Assembly: GCA_031422495.1 (NCBI GenBank)
Contig: JANPLX010000100.1
Location: 197 to 64,196, forward strand
From: Polaromonas sp.
GTDB lineage: Bacteria > Pseudomonadota > Gammaproteobacteria > Burkholderiales > Burkholderiaceae_C
Direction of reading: 5' to 3'
DNA length: 64,000 bases
Made by a program: the position numbers and the translations under genes. Shown here piece after piece: positions 8,687 to 18,381 of the stretch. The notes below the pieces were generated by a model. That model worked only from the letters and a program-made list of their open reading frames with translations. It was not told where the DNA came from and ran no database searches. The stretch's first letter is position 1; every line of letters starts with the position of its first letter.

Positions 8687-9897
8687 GCTTTTTCAGTCAA
8701 CATTTGAATCACCAGTGGTATCAAGATGGAGACAATCTCATCAATCTCAGCCGCTGTGATGATGAGCGGCGGCACCATTCGAATGACGCTGTCTGCTGTC
8801 ACACTGATGAGCAAGCCTTTTTCAGCGCAACGTCCAGTCAACTCGCTGCAGGGTTTGTTAAGCTCCATGCCTATCATCAAACCTTGTCCCCGAATTTCTT
8901 TCAAACCTGCTTTGCCGACTTGGCTGTCATTCATGGCTTTGGTTAAAACGGCTTTGAAATAATCGCCCATCTTGGCTGCATGCGCTAGCAAGCCATCTTC
9001 TTCCATGATGCGAATGGTTTCAATGCCTGCCCGCATTGCCAGTGGGTTACCGCCAAATGTTGTGCCGTGGTTGCCGGGTTGGAAGATGTTGGCTGCTTTG
9101 GGGCCAGCAACGACTGCGCCAATCGGCACACCACTGCCCAAACCTTTAGCCAAAGGCATCACGTCCGGCACGATACCTGCCCACTGGTGAGCAAACCATT
9201 TGCCGGTGCGACCCATACCGCATTGCACTTCGTCAATCATCAAGAGCCAATCGTTGACATCGCACAATTTACGTACTTGCTGCAAATACTCAACCCGCAT
9301 CGGGTTGACACCACCTTCGCCTTGAATGGTTTCAAAAAACACCGCGGTGACATTTTTATTGCCAGCAGTTGCTTTTTTAAGCGCTTCAATGTCGTTTTGC
9401 GGCACGCGAATGAAGCCTTCAACCAGTGGGCCAAAGCCAGCTTGCACTTTCGGGTTGCCCGTCGCACTCAGGGTGGCGATACTGCGACCGTGAAAAGCTT
9501 TTTCATAAACGACGATTTCGGGGCGGTCAATGCCTTTGTCATGGCCATACTTGCGAGCCAGCTTTAGAGCAGCTTCGTTGGCTTCTAAACCTGTACAGCA
9601 GAAAAATACATTGGTCATACCAGACAGTTCAACCAATTTGGCGGCTAATTTCTCCTGTCCCGGCACATGGTAATAGTTGCAACTGTGGATGATTTTGCTC
9701 AGTTGGTCTTGCAAGGCCGGTACCAATTTGGGGTGGTTGTGGCCTAAGGTATTGACCGCAATGCCGCCCAAAGCATCAATATAGCTTTTGCCGTTGATAT
9801 CCCACACGCGGCAGCCTTGACCATGCGATAAGGCTATGGGCACGCGGCCATAGGTATTCATCACATGAGGGGAGGCGGCTTCGATGAATGCGGGCAT
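8683..9897 (-). CDS. argD: Acetylornithine (succinylornithine) aminotransferase, class III PLP enzyme
   Basis: 404 aa with LMIDEVQCGMGRTGKWFA and GTTFGGNPLA motifs. It has a 4-bp ATGA overlap with argF. Confidence 0.9.
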   Translation of the reverse strand: MPAFIEAASPHVMNTYGRVPIALSHGQGCRVWDINGKSYIDALGGIAVNTLGHNHPKLVPALQDQLSKIIHSCNYYHVPGQEKLAAKLVELSGMTNVFFCCTGLEANEAALKLARKYGHDKGIDRPEIVVYEKAFHGRSIATLSATGNPKVQAGFGPLVEGFIRVPQNDIEALKKATAGNKNVTAVFFETIQGEGGVNPMRVEYLQQVRKLCDVNDWLLMIDEVQCGMGRTGKWFAHQWAGIVPDVMPLAKGLGSGVPIGAVVAGPKAANIFQPGNHGTTFGGNPLAMRAGIETIRIMEEDGLLAHAAKMGDYFKAVLTKAMNDSQVGKAGLKEIRGQGLMIGMELNKPCSELTGRCAEKGLLISVTADSVIRMVPPLIITAAEIDEIVSILIPLVIQMLTEKA

Positions 9898-10151
9898 AGT
9901 ATTACTCCAAAAAGACGAGGTGCTATTTAATAGTTGTGGTTTGATTTTAGTAGCAAGATTTCAGTCGGTTCATGCAAGTTTTGAATGGGAATGCATTGCT
10001 TGGCGCATCAATACTTGAGACTTCATCTAAATCTAGTTTAAGTCTTATATAAGATAGAATACTTGTGCAGTGCAGCAAAACCTGTTTCACCGCTACATAA
10101 ACCCTGAAATCCATAGGGTGAATGACAGTATCAACCTCGCAGTCTCGCTAC

Positions 10152-10454
10152 ATGACGACTTACACGGCTAAAGAATTTTTCATACAAGGCATCACCCAGG
10201 ATGGCAAAGTATTTCGCCCCTCTGATTGGGCCGAACGCTTGGCCGGTGTGATGAGCCAATTTCGCCCCGGTGGCCCAAAGCCTGGTAGCCATTTGAGCTA
10301 TTCGCCATGGTGTTTACCAACTAATTTAGGCGATATCAAGTGCGTGATCGTTAACCGAGACATCCGAGATGCAGAACCTATGGCTTGGGATTTTGTGATG
10401 AATTTTGCCAAAGACAACAACTTGGTCATGACCGAAGCCTGCAAATTTCCTTAA
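10152..10454 (+). CDS. DUF3579-like small protein
   Basis: The ORF track gives 10122-10454, and I prefer the internal start MTTYTAKEFFIQGITQDGKVFRPSDWAERL. This sequence pattern and its position next to the arg genes recall the DUF3579 family of Burkholderiales. Confidence 0.6.
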   Translation: MTTYTAKEFFIQGITQDGKVFRPSDWAERLAGVMSQFRPGGPKPGSHLSYSPWCLPTNLGDIKCVIVNRDIRDAEPMAWDFVMNFAKDNNLVMTEACKFP

Positions 10455-10617
10455 ATTTGTAGAATGACCCTAAAAAAGCACGATCGTACTATTTTAGGTA
10501 AAAATGTTGGATAATACTAATTAGAATAGCTGGAAATGTTTGACGTTTACGTAAAGGTAAAGCTAGCGTGAGAATAAACGTCAATCAAAACGAATTCAAT
10601 CTTAGGAGTAGCTCAAA

Positions 10618-11367
10618 ATGAAAGTCTTGGTCGCAGTCAAACGTGTTGTTGATTACAACGTCAAAGTTCGTGTCAAATCGGACAACACCGGCGTCGATAT
10701 CGCCAACGTCAAAATGAGCATGAACCCGTTTGATGAAATCGCGGTTGAAGAAGCCGTTCGCTTGAAAGAAAAAGGCGTTGTGACTGAAATCATCGCCGTG
10801 TCTTGCGGTGTCGCGCAATGTTCCGAGACCTTGCGCACTGCCATGGCCATTGGCGCTGACCGCGCTATTTTGGTTGAAACATCTGAAGAATTGCAACCAC
10901 TCGCCGTTGCAAAATTACTCAAAGCCTTGGTCGACAAAGAGCAGCCAGGTTTGGTCATCTTAGGCAAACAAGCGATTGACGATGATTGCAACCAAACCGG
11001 CCAAATGTTGGCTGCCTTAGGTGACATGCCACAAGCCACGTTTGCATCGAAGGTTGAAATTGTTGATGGTAAAGCAGTTGTGTCACGTGAAGTCGACGGC
11101 GGTATGGAGACCCTGTCTATCAGCATGCCAGCAGTCATCACCACCGATTTGCGCTTGAACGAGCCACGCTACGTGACCTTGCCAAACATCATGAAGGCCA
11201 AGAAAAAGCAACTCGATATCTTCAAACCTGAAGACTTGGGCGTTGACGTCAGCCCTCGCTTGAAGACCCTCAAAGTGTCCGAGCCACCAAAACGCAGCGC
11301 GGGTATCAAAGTGCCCGATGTGGCCACACTCGTCGCTAAATTGAAAACTGAAGCCAAAGTACTCTAA
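10618..11367 (+). CDS. etfB: Electron transfer flavoprotein beta subunit
   Basis: 249 aa, [19 protein letters not shown]...; a canonical EtfB. Confidence 0.95.
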   Translation: MKVLVAVKRVVDYNVKVRVKSDNTGVDIANVKMSMNPFDEIAVEEAVRLKEKGVVTEIIAVSCGVAQCSETLRTAMAIGADRAILVETSEELQPLAVAKLLKALVDKEQPGLVILGKQAIDDDCNQTGQMLAALGDMPQATFASKVEIVDGKAVVSREVDGGMETLSISMPAVITTDLRLNEPRYVTLPNIMKAKKKQLDIFKPEDLGVDVSPRLKTLKVSEPPKRSAGIKVPDVATLVAKLKTEAKVL

Positions 11368-11413
11368 GCCATTGCGCTGAATCTCCTGCCGAATCCCTTA
11401 AGGAATCAACATC

Positions 11414-12346
11414 ATGTCATCATTAGTAATCGCCGAACACGACAACGCTAGCATCAAGCCCGCCACTCTTAACACCGTTACTGCTGCATTGCAGTGTGGT
11501 GGTGATGTGCACGTGCTGGTCGCTGGCTCTAACGCAGCCGCTGCCGCTGCAGCCGCCGCACAAATCGCTGGCGTCACCAAAGTATTGCACGCAGACGACG
11601 CTGACTTAGCACATGGCTTGGCAGAAAACGTCGCTGCCCAAGTGTTAGCGGTCGCTTCCAACTACTCTCACATCTTGTTTCCCGCAACGGCCAGCGGCAA
11701 AAACGTCGCGCCTCGCGTGGCTGCCAAATTGGACGTGGGTCAAATCTCTGACATCACCAAAGTTGACAGTCCTGACACATTTGAGCGCCCGATTTATGCA
11801 GGTAATGCGATTGCAACCGTGCAAAGCTTGGATGCCATTAAAGTATTAACCGTTAGAACTACTGGATTCGACCCAGCCGGCGTAAATAATGCCTCAGTAG
11901 CTATTGAAACTGTAGCAATTCAAGCTCCAAGTGCTCAATCTACATTCATGGGCAGCGAGATTGCGAAGAACGACAGACCTGAGCTAACAGCAGCCAAAAT
12001 CATCGTCAGCGGTGGCCGTGCTTTGGGCAGTGCAGAGAAATTCAACGAAGTGATGACCCCACTGGCAGACAAACTGGGTGCAGCCATGGGCGCATCACGA
12101 GCTGCCGTTGATGCCGGTTATGCACCCAACGATTGGCAAGTTGGCCAAACCGGCAAAATTGTTGCCCCACAGTTGTATGTGGCTTGCGGCATCAGCGGCG
12201 CGATTCAGCATTTGGCGGGCATGAAAGACTCCAAAGTCATCGTCGCCATCAACAAAGACGAAGAGGCGCCGATTTTCTCGGTGGCTGACTACGGTCTGGT
12301 GGCAGATTTGTTTACCGCCGTGCCTGAGTTGGTTGCGGCTCTGTAA
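11414..12346 (+). CDS. etfA: Electron transfer flavoprotein alpha subunit
   Basis: 310 aa with C-terminal PQLYVACGISGAIQHLAGMKDSKVIVAINKDEEAPIF. Confidence 0.95.
   Translation: MSSLVIAEHDNASIKPATLNTVTAALQCGGDVHVLVAGSNAAAAAAAAAQIAGVTKVLHADDADLAHGLAENVAAQVLAVASNYSHILFPATASGKNVAPRVAAKLDVGQISDITKVDSPDTFERPIYAGNAIATVQSLDAIKVLTVRTTGFDPAGVNNASVAIETVAIQAPSAQSTFMGSEIAKNDRPELTAAKIIVSGGRALGSAEKFNEVMTPLADKLGAAMGASRAAVDAGYAPNDWQVGQTGKIVAPQLYVACGISGAIQHLAGMKDSKVIVAINKDEEAPIFSVADYGLVADLFTAVPELVAAL
11872..11922 (-). repeat. Composite repeat copy embedded in frame in the etfA inter-domain linker
   Basis: cccagccggcgtaaataatgcctcagtagctattgaaactgtagcaatt versus copy G tctagccggcgtatttattgcctacagcgctattaaaaatatagtaatt. 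This is about 70% identity by eye, with the same spacing between core and palindrome. It encodes ...PAGVNNASVAIETVAI.... Confidence 0.65.
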
Positions 12347-12380
12347 ATTGTTTTAAATTATTTAAACTAGGTAAGCTCTC

Positions 12381-14174
12381 ATGACGTACCGCGCCCCTGT
12401 GAAAGACATGCTGTTCAACATGCAGCATTTGGCAAATATTGAACAAGTGGCGCAGTTGCCAGGTTTTGAGGATGCCGGTTTTGACACCGCGCAAGCCGTG
12501 TTGGAAGAATGCGCCAAATTCAGCGAAGGCGTGCTCAGCCCGTTGAATTGGGAAGGTGATAAAAACCCTTCCAGCTGGAAAAATGGTGTCGTCACCTCCA
12601 CTCCGGGTTTCAAAGAGGCCTTCAAGCAATTTGCCGACGGTGGCTGGCAAGGGCTGCAGCATCCGCAAGCTTTTGGCGGTCAAGGTTTGCCGAAAACGAT
12701 TGGCTCTGCTTGCGGCGAAATGCTGAACAGCGCGAACATGAGTTTTGCCCTTTGCCCTTTACTCAGCGACGGCGCGATTGAAGCTTTACTGACTGCAGGT
12801 TCGGACGATTTAAAAGCGATTTATTTAGAAAACTTGGTCAGCGGCAAATGGACAGGCACCATGAACCTGACCGAGCCACAAGCGGGTAGCGATTTAGCCG
12901 CAGTGCGCACCCGTGCCGAACCGCAAGCCGACGGTAGCTACAAAGTATTTGGTACGAAAATCTACATCACCTGGGGTGAGCACGACATGGCCGAAAACAT
13001 CGTCCATTTGGTGCTGGCTCGTGTGGTCGGTGCGCCTGAAGGCGTCAAAGGCATCAGCTTATTTGTGGTGCCGAAATTTATGGTCAACAAAGATGGCTCA
13101 GTAGGCACACGTAATGACGTGCACTGCGTCAGCATCGAGCACAAAATGGGCATCAAAGCCAGCCCGACGGCGGTTTTGCAGTATGGCGATAACGGCGGAG
13201 CGATTGGCTATTTAGTTGGTCAAGAAAACCGTGGCTTGGAATATATGTTCATCATGATGAACGCCGCACGTTTCGGCGTCGGCGTCCAAGGCATCGCGAT
13301 TGCCGAGCGCGCTTACCAAAAAGCCGTGCAATTCGCCAAAGACCGCGTGCAAAGCCGCCCTGTTGATGGCTCTATTGCCGCCAGCGCCCCCATCATTCAC
13401 CACCCAGACGTCAAGCGCATGCTTATGACCATGCGTGCCTACACCGAAGGCTGCCGCGCCATGGCGATCAGCTCAGCCGCCGCCTACGATGCATCACACC
13501 ACCACCCAGATGCAGACGTGCGCAAACAAAACGCTGCGTTTTACGAATTCATGGTGCCGCTCATCAAAGGTTACAGTACCGAAATGAGTTTGGAAGTTGC
13601 CAGCCTGGGCGTGCAAGTGCACGGTGGCATGGGCTTTATCGAAGAAACCGGCGCAGCGCAGTATTACCGTGATGCGAAGATTTTGACGATTTACGAAGGC
13701 ACAACCGCCATTCAAGCGAACGACTTGGTAGGCCGCAAAACCGCCCGAGACGGCGGTCAAACTGCCAAAGGTATCGCTGCGCAAATTGAAGTGACAGAAG
13801 CAGAATTGGTTCTAAGCGGCAGTATAGAAGCAAAAGCGGTATTGAAACACCTCACTGCAGCGCGTTTGGCGTTCATCGATGTGGTGAACTTCGTCGCTGG
13901 AAATACCAAGGCTTCGCCCAATGCGGTGTTTTCAGGCAGCGTTCCTTACCTCATGCTCGCTGGTAACTTGATGGCTGGTTGGCAATTAGGTCGCAGTCTG
14001 CTGGTTGCAGAAGCTCAACTTGCTGCTGGCGGCGAAGACGCCGCTTTCATGAATGCCAAAATCATCACTGCTCAGTTTTACGCTGAGCACCTGTTGTGCA
14101 GAGTACCAAGTATGCGCGGAAGTATTGTGGATGGCGCAACGTCTGTGACAGCGATGGCTTTAGAGTCGTTCTAA
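12381..14174 (+). CDS. Acyl-CoA dehydrogenase, long (about 600 aa) form
   Basis: 597 aa. Acyl-CoA dehydrogenase (ACAD) N-terminal, middle and C-terminal motifs are present (TEPQAGSD, GGMGFIEETGAAQYYRDAKILTIYEGTT), plus a C-terminal extension. It lies directly downstream of etfBA. Confidence 0.9.
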   Translation: MTYRAPVKDMLFNMQHLANIEQVAQLPGFEDAGFDTAQAVLEECAKFSEGVLSPLNWEGDKNPSSWKNGVVTSTPGFKEAFKQFADGGWQGLQHPQAFGGQGLPKTIGSACGEMLNSANMSFALCPLLSDGAIEALLTAGSDDLKAIYLENLVSGKWTGTMNLTEPQAGSDLAAVRTRAEPQADGSYKVFGTKIYITWGEHDMAENIVHLVLARVVGAPEGVKGISLFVVPKFMVNKDGSVGTRNDVHCVSIEHKMGIKASPTAVLQYGDNGGAIGYLVGQENRGLEYMFIMMNAARFGVGVQGIAIAERAYQKAVQFAKDRVQSRPVDGSIAASAPIIHHPDVKRMLMTMRAYTEGCRAMAISSAAAYDASHHHPDADVRKQNAAFYEFMVPLIKGYSTEMSLEVASLGVQVHGGMGFIEETGAAQYYRDAKILTIYEGTTAIQANDLVGRKTARDGGQTAKGIAAQIEVTEAELVLSGSIEAKAVLKHLTAARLAFIDVVNFVAGNTKASPNAVFSGSVPYLMLAGNLMAGWQLGRSLLVAEAQLAAGGEDAAFMNAKIITAQFYAEHLLCRVPSMRGSIVDGATSVTAMALESF

Positions 14175-14190
14175 AATCATTCATTATTTA

Positions 14191-14258
14191 CCCTAAAACG
14201 CTATAAATATAATAGCTGTTTAAGCAATAAATACGCCGGCTAGAGGCGTACTTAAGTG
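14191..14258 (+). repeat. Composite repeat, copy C
   Basis: ccctaaaacGCTATAAATATAATAGCtgtttaaGCAATAAATACGCCGGCTAGAGGCGTActtaag. The core can fold as a TACGCC/GGCGTA hairpin. Confidence 0.85.
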
Positions 14259-14305
14259 TGAAAAGTGCGTTTCGTTGAAGTTGTTACTATTATTTGGAGA
14301 TATTC

Positions 14306-15259
14306 ATGTCAAAACTGCCCCCGATTCTGCAAAACCTGCCATTCCCCGTCATCGCCAGTCCGTTGTTCATCATCAGCAACCCCAAGTCGGTGATTGCCCA
14401 GTGCATCGCCGGTGTTGTTGGCAGCATGCCAGCCTTGAACGCTCGCCCTGCAGCGCAGCTGGAAGACTGGTTGGCAGAAATCACCGAAGCTTTGGCCGCG
14501 CATGACAAAGCCAATCCGAACAACAAAGCCGCGCCTTTCGCCATCAACCAAATCGTCCATAAAAGCAATGACCGCTTAGAGCACGACATGCAGGTTTGCG
14601 AAAAATACAAAGTGCCTATCGTTATCACCAGCTTGGGTGCCCGCGAAGACGTGAACGTCGCTGTCAAAGCTTGGGGCGGCATCACGCTGCATGACGTGAT
14701 CAGCAACGTGTTTGCCCGCAAAGCCATCGAAAAAGGCGCAACCGGCTTGATTCCCGTCGCTACAGGCGCAGGCGGCCACGCTAGCGTGAAAAGCCCTTTT
14801 GCCATGATTCAAGAAATCCGTCAATGGTTTGACGGCCCGGTCGTCTTGTCTGGCTCTATCGCCACCGGCGGTGCAGTGCTTGCAGCACAAGCTATGGGCG
14901 CAGATTTGGCCTACATCGGCAGCGCCTTTATCGCTACCCACGAAGCTCGCGCGGTAGACGGCTACAAAGAAATGATCACCCAAAGCAATTCAGACGACAT
15001 TGTTTACAGTAACTTCTACACGGGTATTCACGGTAATTACTTGAAGGGAAGCATCCGCAACTCTGGCATGGATCCTGATAACTTGCCCGAAAGTGACCCT
15101 AGCAAGATGAACTTTGGCGGTGGCGGCGAAGCCAAAGCCTGGAAAGACATTTGGGGATGTGGGCAAGGTATTGGCGCGATCAGCAAGGTACAAAGCACCG
15201 CTGATTATGTGGCGCAGCTGAAGCGTGAGTACGCTGAAGCCAAGGCAAAGCTTTGCTAA
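14306..15259 (+). CDS. Nitronate monooxygenase (2-nitropropane dioxygenase) family protein
   Basis: The ORF track starts at 14294. ATG 14306 is preceded by GGAG. The sequence has the NMO-like pattern LPFPVIASPLF...GGHA.... Confidence 0.8.
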   Translation: MSKLPPILQNLPFPVIASPLFIISNPKSVIAQCIAGVVGSMPALNARPAAQLEDWLAEITEALAAHDKANPNNKAAPFAINQIVHKSNDRLEHDMQVCEKYKVPIVITSLGAREDVNVAVKAWGGITLHDVISNVFARKAIEKGATGLIPVATGAGGHASVKSPFAMIQEIRQWFDGPVVLSGSIATGGAVLAAQAMGADLAYIGSAFIATHEARAVDGYKEMITQSNSDDIVYSNFYTGIHGNYLKGSIRNSGMDPDNLPESDPSKMNFGGGGEAKAWKDIWGCGQGIGAISKVQSTADYVAQLKREYAEAKAKLC

Positions 15260-15294
15260 TTTAAAAAAGCCAAAGCTCAAAAACTCAGATTTAA

Positions 15295-15330
15295 CCCCGA
15301 CGCACAGCATTGTGTTGCGGGGTTTTTCTT
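15295..15330 (+). terminator. Rho-independent terminator after the NMO gene
   Basis: CCCCGACGCACA-gcat-TGTGTTGCGGGG stem (9 Watson-Crick pairs, 1 wobble, 2 mismatches) followed by TTTTTCTT. Confidence 0.6.
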
Positions 15331-15339
15331 AGTTTGATA

Positions 15340-15359
15340 TACTGTATAAATTAACAGTA
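15340..15359 (+). promoter_or_regulatory. LexA (SOS) box
   Basis: TACTGTATAAATTAACAGTA is a perfect CTGT-N8-ACAG palindrome 19 bp upstream of the Y-family polymerase start codon. Confidence 0.8.
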
Positions 15360-15377
15360 TTTATTCGTTATTCTCCC

Positions 15378-16679
15378 ATGCTCCGCACCCTTTTTGTCGA
15401 CTTTAACGCCTACTTTGCCTCGGTTGAGCAGCAAATTAACCCCGCGCTACGAGGGCGGCCAGTGGGCGTGGTGCCGGTGATGGCGGCTACCTCTTGCTGT
15501 ATTGCAGCGAGTTATGAGGCGAAGGCTTTTGGGATCAAAACTGGGACGAGCGTGGCAGATGCGAAGAAGCTCTGTCCCGAAATCACACTGGTAGTGGGGC
15601 GGCACGAGGTGTATGTGGACTTTCACCAGCGAGCGGTGGCGGCTGTGGAGCGGATCGCGCCCGTGCGGCAGGTCATGAGTATTGATGAAATGGAGTGCGA
15701 GTTAACAGGGACTTGGCGCGGCCGTGAAAAAGCGGTCAGCATTGCCGAGCGCATCAAAAAAGAGCTAATCAACACCGTGGGCGTGTGCATGCGCAGCTCA
15801 ATCGGCATTGCGCCCAACACCATGCTGGGCAAGTTGGCGTCTGATATGCAAAAGCCCAATGGGCTGACGGTATTGGAACAGGCGGATATTCCAGCCAAGC
15901 TGCTGCACCTGAAGCCCGCTGCCATCAGTGGTGTGGGGCCGCGCATGGTAGAGCGGTTAGAGCGCGCCAAAATCATCACCATGGCTGACTTGTACGCCGC
16001 ACCGCGCGACGTGCTGTACACGGTGTGGGGTGGTGTGGGCGGCACTGAGATGTATGACAAACTGCGTGGGCAGTGGTATGACCCGCGCGATGTGGTGACG
16101 CGTAGTTTAGGCCATTCCCACGTGCTGCCACCTGAGCTTCGCAATGCCGAAGGCGCGTGGAACGTGTTGAATCGGCTCACCCAAAAAGCGGCGATGCGGC
16201 TGCGCAAGCAGGGGTTTTACGCGACAGGGATGAGCGTGTTCGTGAAAGGCAAGCGACTTGGCGATGTGAAATCTGGCAGCCAGCGCGACACTACGTTTTG
16301 CGAAACGCAAGACACGGCCTTCTTTTTGCATGTGTTGGCCAAGCTGTGGACCAAGCCTGCGGGGCAGGGTTTGATCTTGCAGCCTCAGCCATTGGCTGTG
16401 GGGTTGACATTTTTTGGCCTAGTACCCGCAGCACAGCATACGCCGACGCTGTTTGAGGCGAAGTTTGAGTCAATTCTTATACCGCCACCCCTGAGTGCGC
16501 TGGCCAGTCCACCGCTTGCGCCTTTGGGCGACCGCGGTCGTTTGTCTGCCACAGTCGACAAAATCAACCGTTTGTACGGCAAAAACGCCTTGTATTTCGC
16601 CAGCGCACATGGGGCGCTGGACAACGCACCGATGCGGATTGCGTTCACGCGGATTCCTGACATTGAGACAGAGCGATGA
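15378..16679 (+). CDS. Y-family (ImpB/MucB/SamB-type) DNA polymerase
   Basis: 433 aa with N-terminal MLRTLFVDFNAYFASVEQ and SIDEMECEL catalytic-carboxylate motifs. An SOS box lies upstream. Confidence 0.85.
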   Translation: MLRTLFVDFNAYFASVEQQINPALRGRPVGVVPVMAATSCCIAASYEAKAFGIKTGTSVADAKKLCPEITLVVGRHEVYVDFHQRAVAAVERIAPVRQVMSIDEMECELTGTWRGREKAVSIAERIKKELINTVGVCMRSSIGIAPNTMLGKLASDMQKPNGLTVLEQADIPAKLLHLKPAAISGVGPRMVERLERAKIITMADLYAAPRDVLYTVWGGVGGTEMYDKLRGQWYDPRDVVTRSLGHSHVLPPELRNAEGAWNVLNRLTQKAAMRLRKQGFYATGMSVFVKGKRLGDVKSGSQRDTTFCETQDTAFFLHVLAKLWTKPAGQGLILQPQPLAVGLTFFGLVPAAQHTPTLFEAKFESILIPPPLSALASPPLAPLGDRGRLSATVDKINRLYGKNALYFASAHGALDNAPMRIAFTRIPDIETER

Positions 16680-16855
16680 GGCTGGAAATGAGAATAACGG
16701 CAAGTATATTGCTTTCAAAGCATTGTGTTAAGACGGTAAAACACGTAAAACAAGGGGAAACACTTAGCGCGACGCTGCTGAATGTTTAGAAAAGGTAGTA
16801 ATAATTCATCACAACTTATTCAACAAGATGTATATTTATCAAAGGGAAAAGAACC

Positions 16856-17650
16856 ATGAAAAGCATTCAAAAAATAGCATCATTTGCTGCACTGGTTGTA
16901 TCTGCAATTGCATTTAGCGGCGCAGCACAAGCGCAGTCTGCATTGGACGATGTGCTGAAGGCCAAAGAAATCAAAATCGGCATTCCAACAGATTTCCCGC
17001 CTTATGGCTTCGTCGGCACAGACCTGAAGCCACAGGGCTTGGATATTGACATGGGTTTATACATTGCGCAAAAGCTGGGTGTCAAAGCCGAGCTGGTGCC
17101 TGTGAGCAGCGCCAACCGCATTCCTTACTTGCAAACCAAAAAGGCCGATATCGTGATTTCGACTTTGGGCAAAAACGCAGAGCGTGAAAAGGTGATTGAT
17201 TTCACGTCTGCTTACTCACCATTTTTCCAAGCGGTTTTCGCTGCCAAAAATGTTTCCATCAAAAGCTTTGCTGATTTGGCAGGCAAAAGCGTGGGTGTGA
17301 CCCGTGGTGCGATTGAAGACCAAGAGTTGACCAAGCTCGCGTCTAGTGGCACGGATATCAAGCGCTTTGAAGACAACAACGCCACCGTGTCTTCCTTCGT
17401 CGCAGGACAAGTGCAGGCCGTTGCCACGGGTGCATCGGTTGCAGGCAACATGATGGCGAAGAATCCGCAATTGAACACAGAGTACAAACTCTTGCTGAAA
17501 GATTCGCCTAACTTTATCGGCGTTGGCAAGGGCGAAGACAAGCTGCGTTTGAAAGTTAACGAAATCATCGCCGAAGCCAAAAAATCTGGCGACTTGGACA
17601 AAATGGCGAACAAATGGCTGGGTCGCCCTGCTGGCGATTTGCCGCAATAA
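16856..17650 (+). CDS. Amino-acid ABC transporter substrate-binding protein (family 3)
   Basis: 264 aa with a signal peptide (...AFSGAAQAQS) and a polar-amino-acid substrate-binding-protein (SBP) pattern. Confidence 0.85.
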   Translation: MKSIQKIASFAALVVSAIAFSGAAQAQSALDDVLKAKEIKIGIPTDFPPYGFVGTDLKPQGLDIDMGLYIAQKLGVKAELVPVSSANRIPYLQTKKADIVISTLGKNAEREKVIDFTSAYSPFFQAVFAAKNVSIKSFADLAGKSVGVTRGAIEDQELTKLASSGTDIKRFEDNNATVSSFVAGQVQAVATGASVAGNMMAKNPQLNTEYKLLLKDSPNFIGVGKGEDKLRLKVNEIIAEAKKSGDLDKMANKWLGRPAGDLPQ

Positions 17651-17685
17651 ACTGTGCTGACGAGTTGACAAATTTGCACTACTGA

Positions 17686-18348
17686 ATGCGCATTGAGCTT
17701 GATTTTCTAGCGGTGCTGGAGCAATGGCCACTGCTGCTCAAAGGTGTTGCGTGGACATTGGCTTTGACCACCCTTTCCGCCAGCATAGGCGTGGTGGTGG
17801 GTGTTGCCTGCGCTTGGTCTCGTACTTACGGTGCGACTTGGCTCAAGTGGGTGGTCGGCACCTATGTTGAGTTGATTCGCAACACGCCTTTCATCGTTCA
17901 GCTGTTTTTTATTTATTTTGGTTTGCCAGCGGCTGGCGTGAAGTTATCAGCAGAGATGGCATCCGTCATCGCCATGGTGGTGAACTTGGGCGCTTATGCA
18001 ACCGAAATCATACGCGCTGGCATCGAGGCAACACCCAAAGGGCAAATCGAAGCGGCGATCAGCTTGGCTTTGAACCGCATGCAAACATTCACACGCGTCA
18101 TCTTGCCGCCAGCTTTTAAAAAAATATGGCCCGCTTTGGTGAGTCAAATCATCATAGTCATGCTGGGCTCGGCCGTGTGTGGGCAAATATCGACTGAAGA
18201 ACTCAGCTACGCAGCCAATTTGATTCAAAGCCGCAATTTCAGAGCGTTTGAGGCATTCATCATCGCCACGCTGATCTATTTGGCGCTGTCTATGGCGGTG
18301 CGTAAGCTGCTCAACTGGTTAGGACCACGATTCCTGTGGGGGCGCTAA
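17686..18348 (+). CDS. Amino-acid ABC transporter permease (HisM/GlnP type)
   Basis: 220 aa; multi-pass membrane protein with an EAA-like loop (IEAAISLALNRMQTFTRVILP). Confidence 0.85.
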   Translation: MRIELDFLAVLEQWPLLLKGVAWTLALTTLSASIGVVVGVACAWSRTYGATWLKWVVGTYVELIRNTPFIVQLFFIYFGLPAAGVKLSAEMASVIAMVVNLGAYATEIIRAGIEATPKGQIEAAISLALNRMQTFTRVILPPAFKKIWPALVSQIIIVMLGSAVCGQISTEELSYAANLIQSRNFRAFEAFIIATLIYLALSMAVRKLLNWLGPRFLWGR

Positions 18349-18381
18349 TAAGCGTCTAGCCGCTAAGCGCAAAAAACACAC

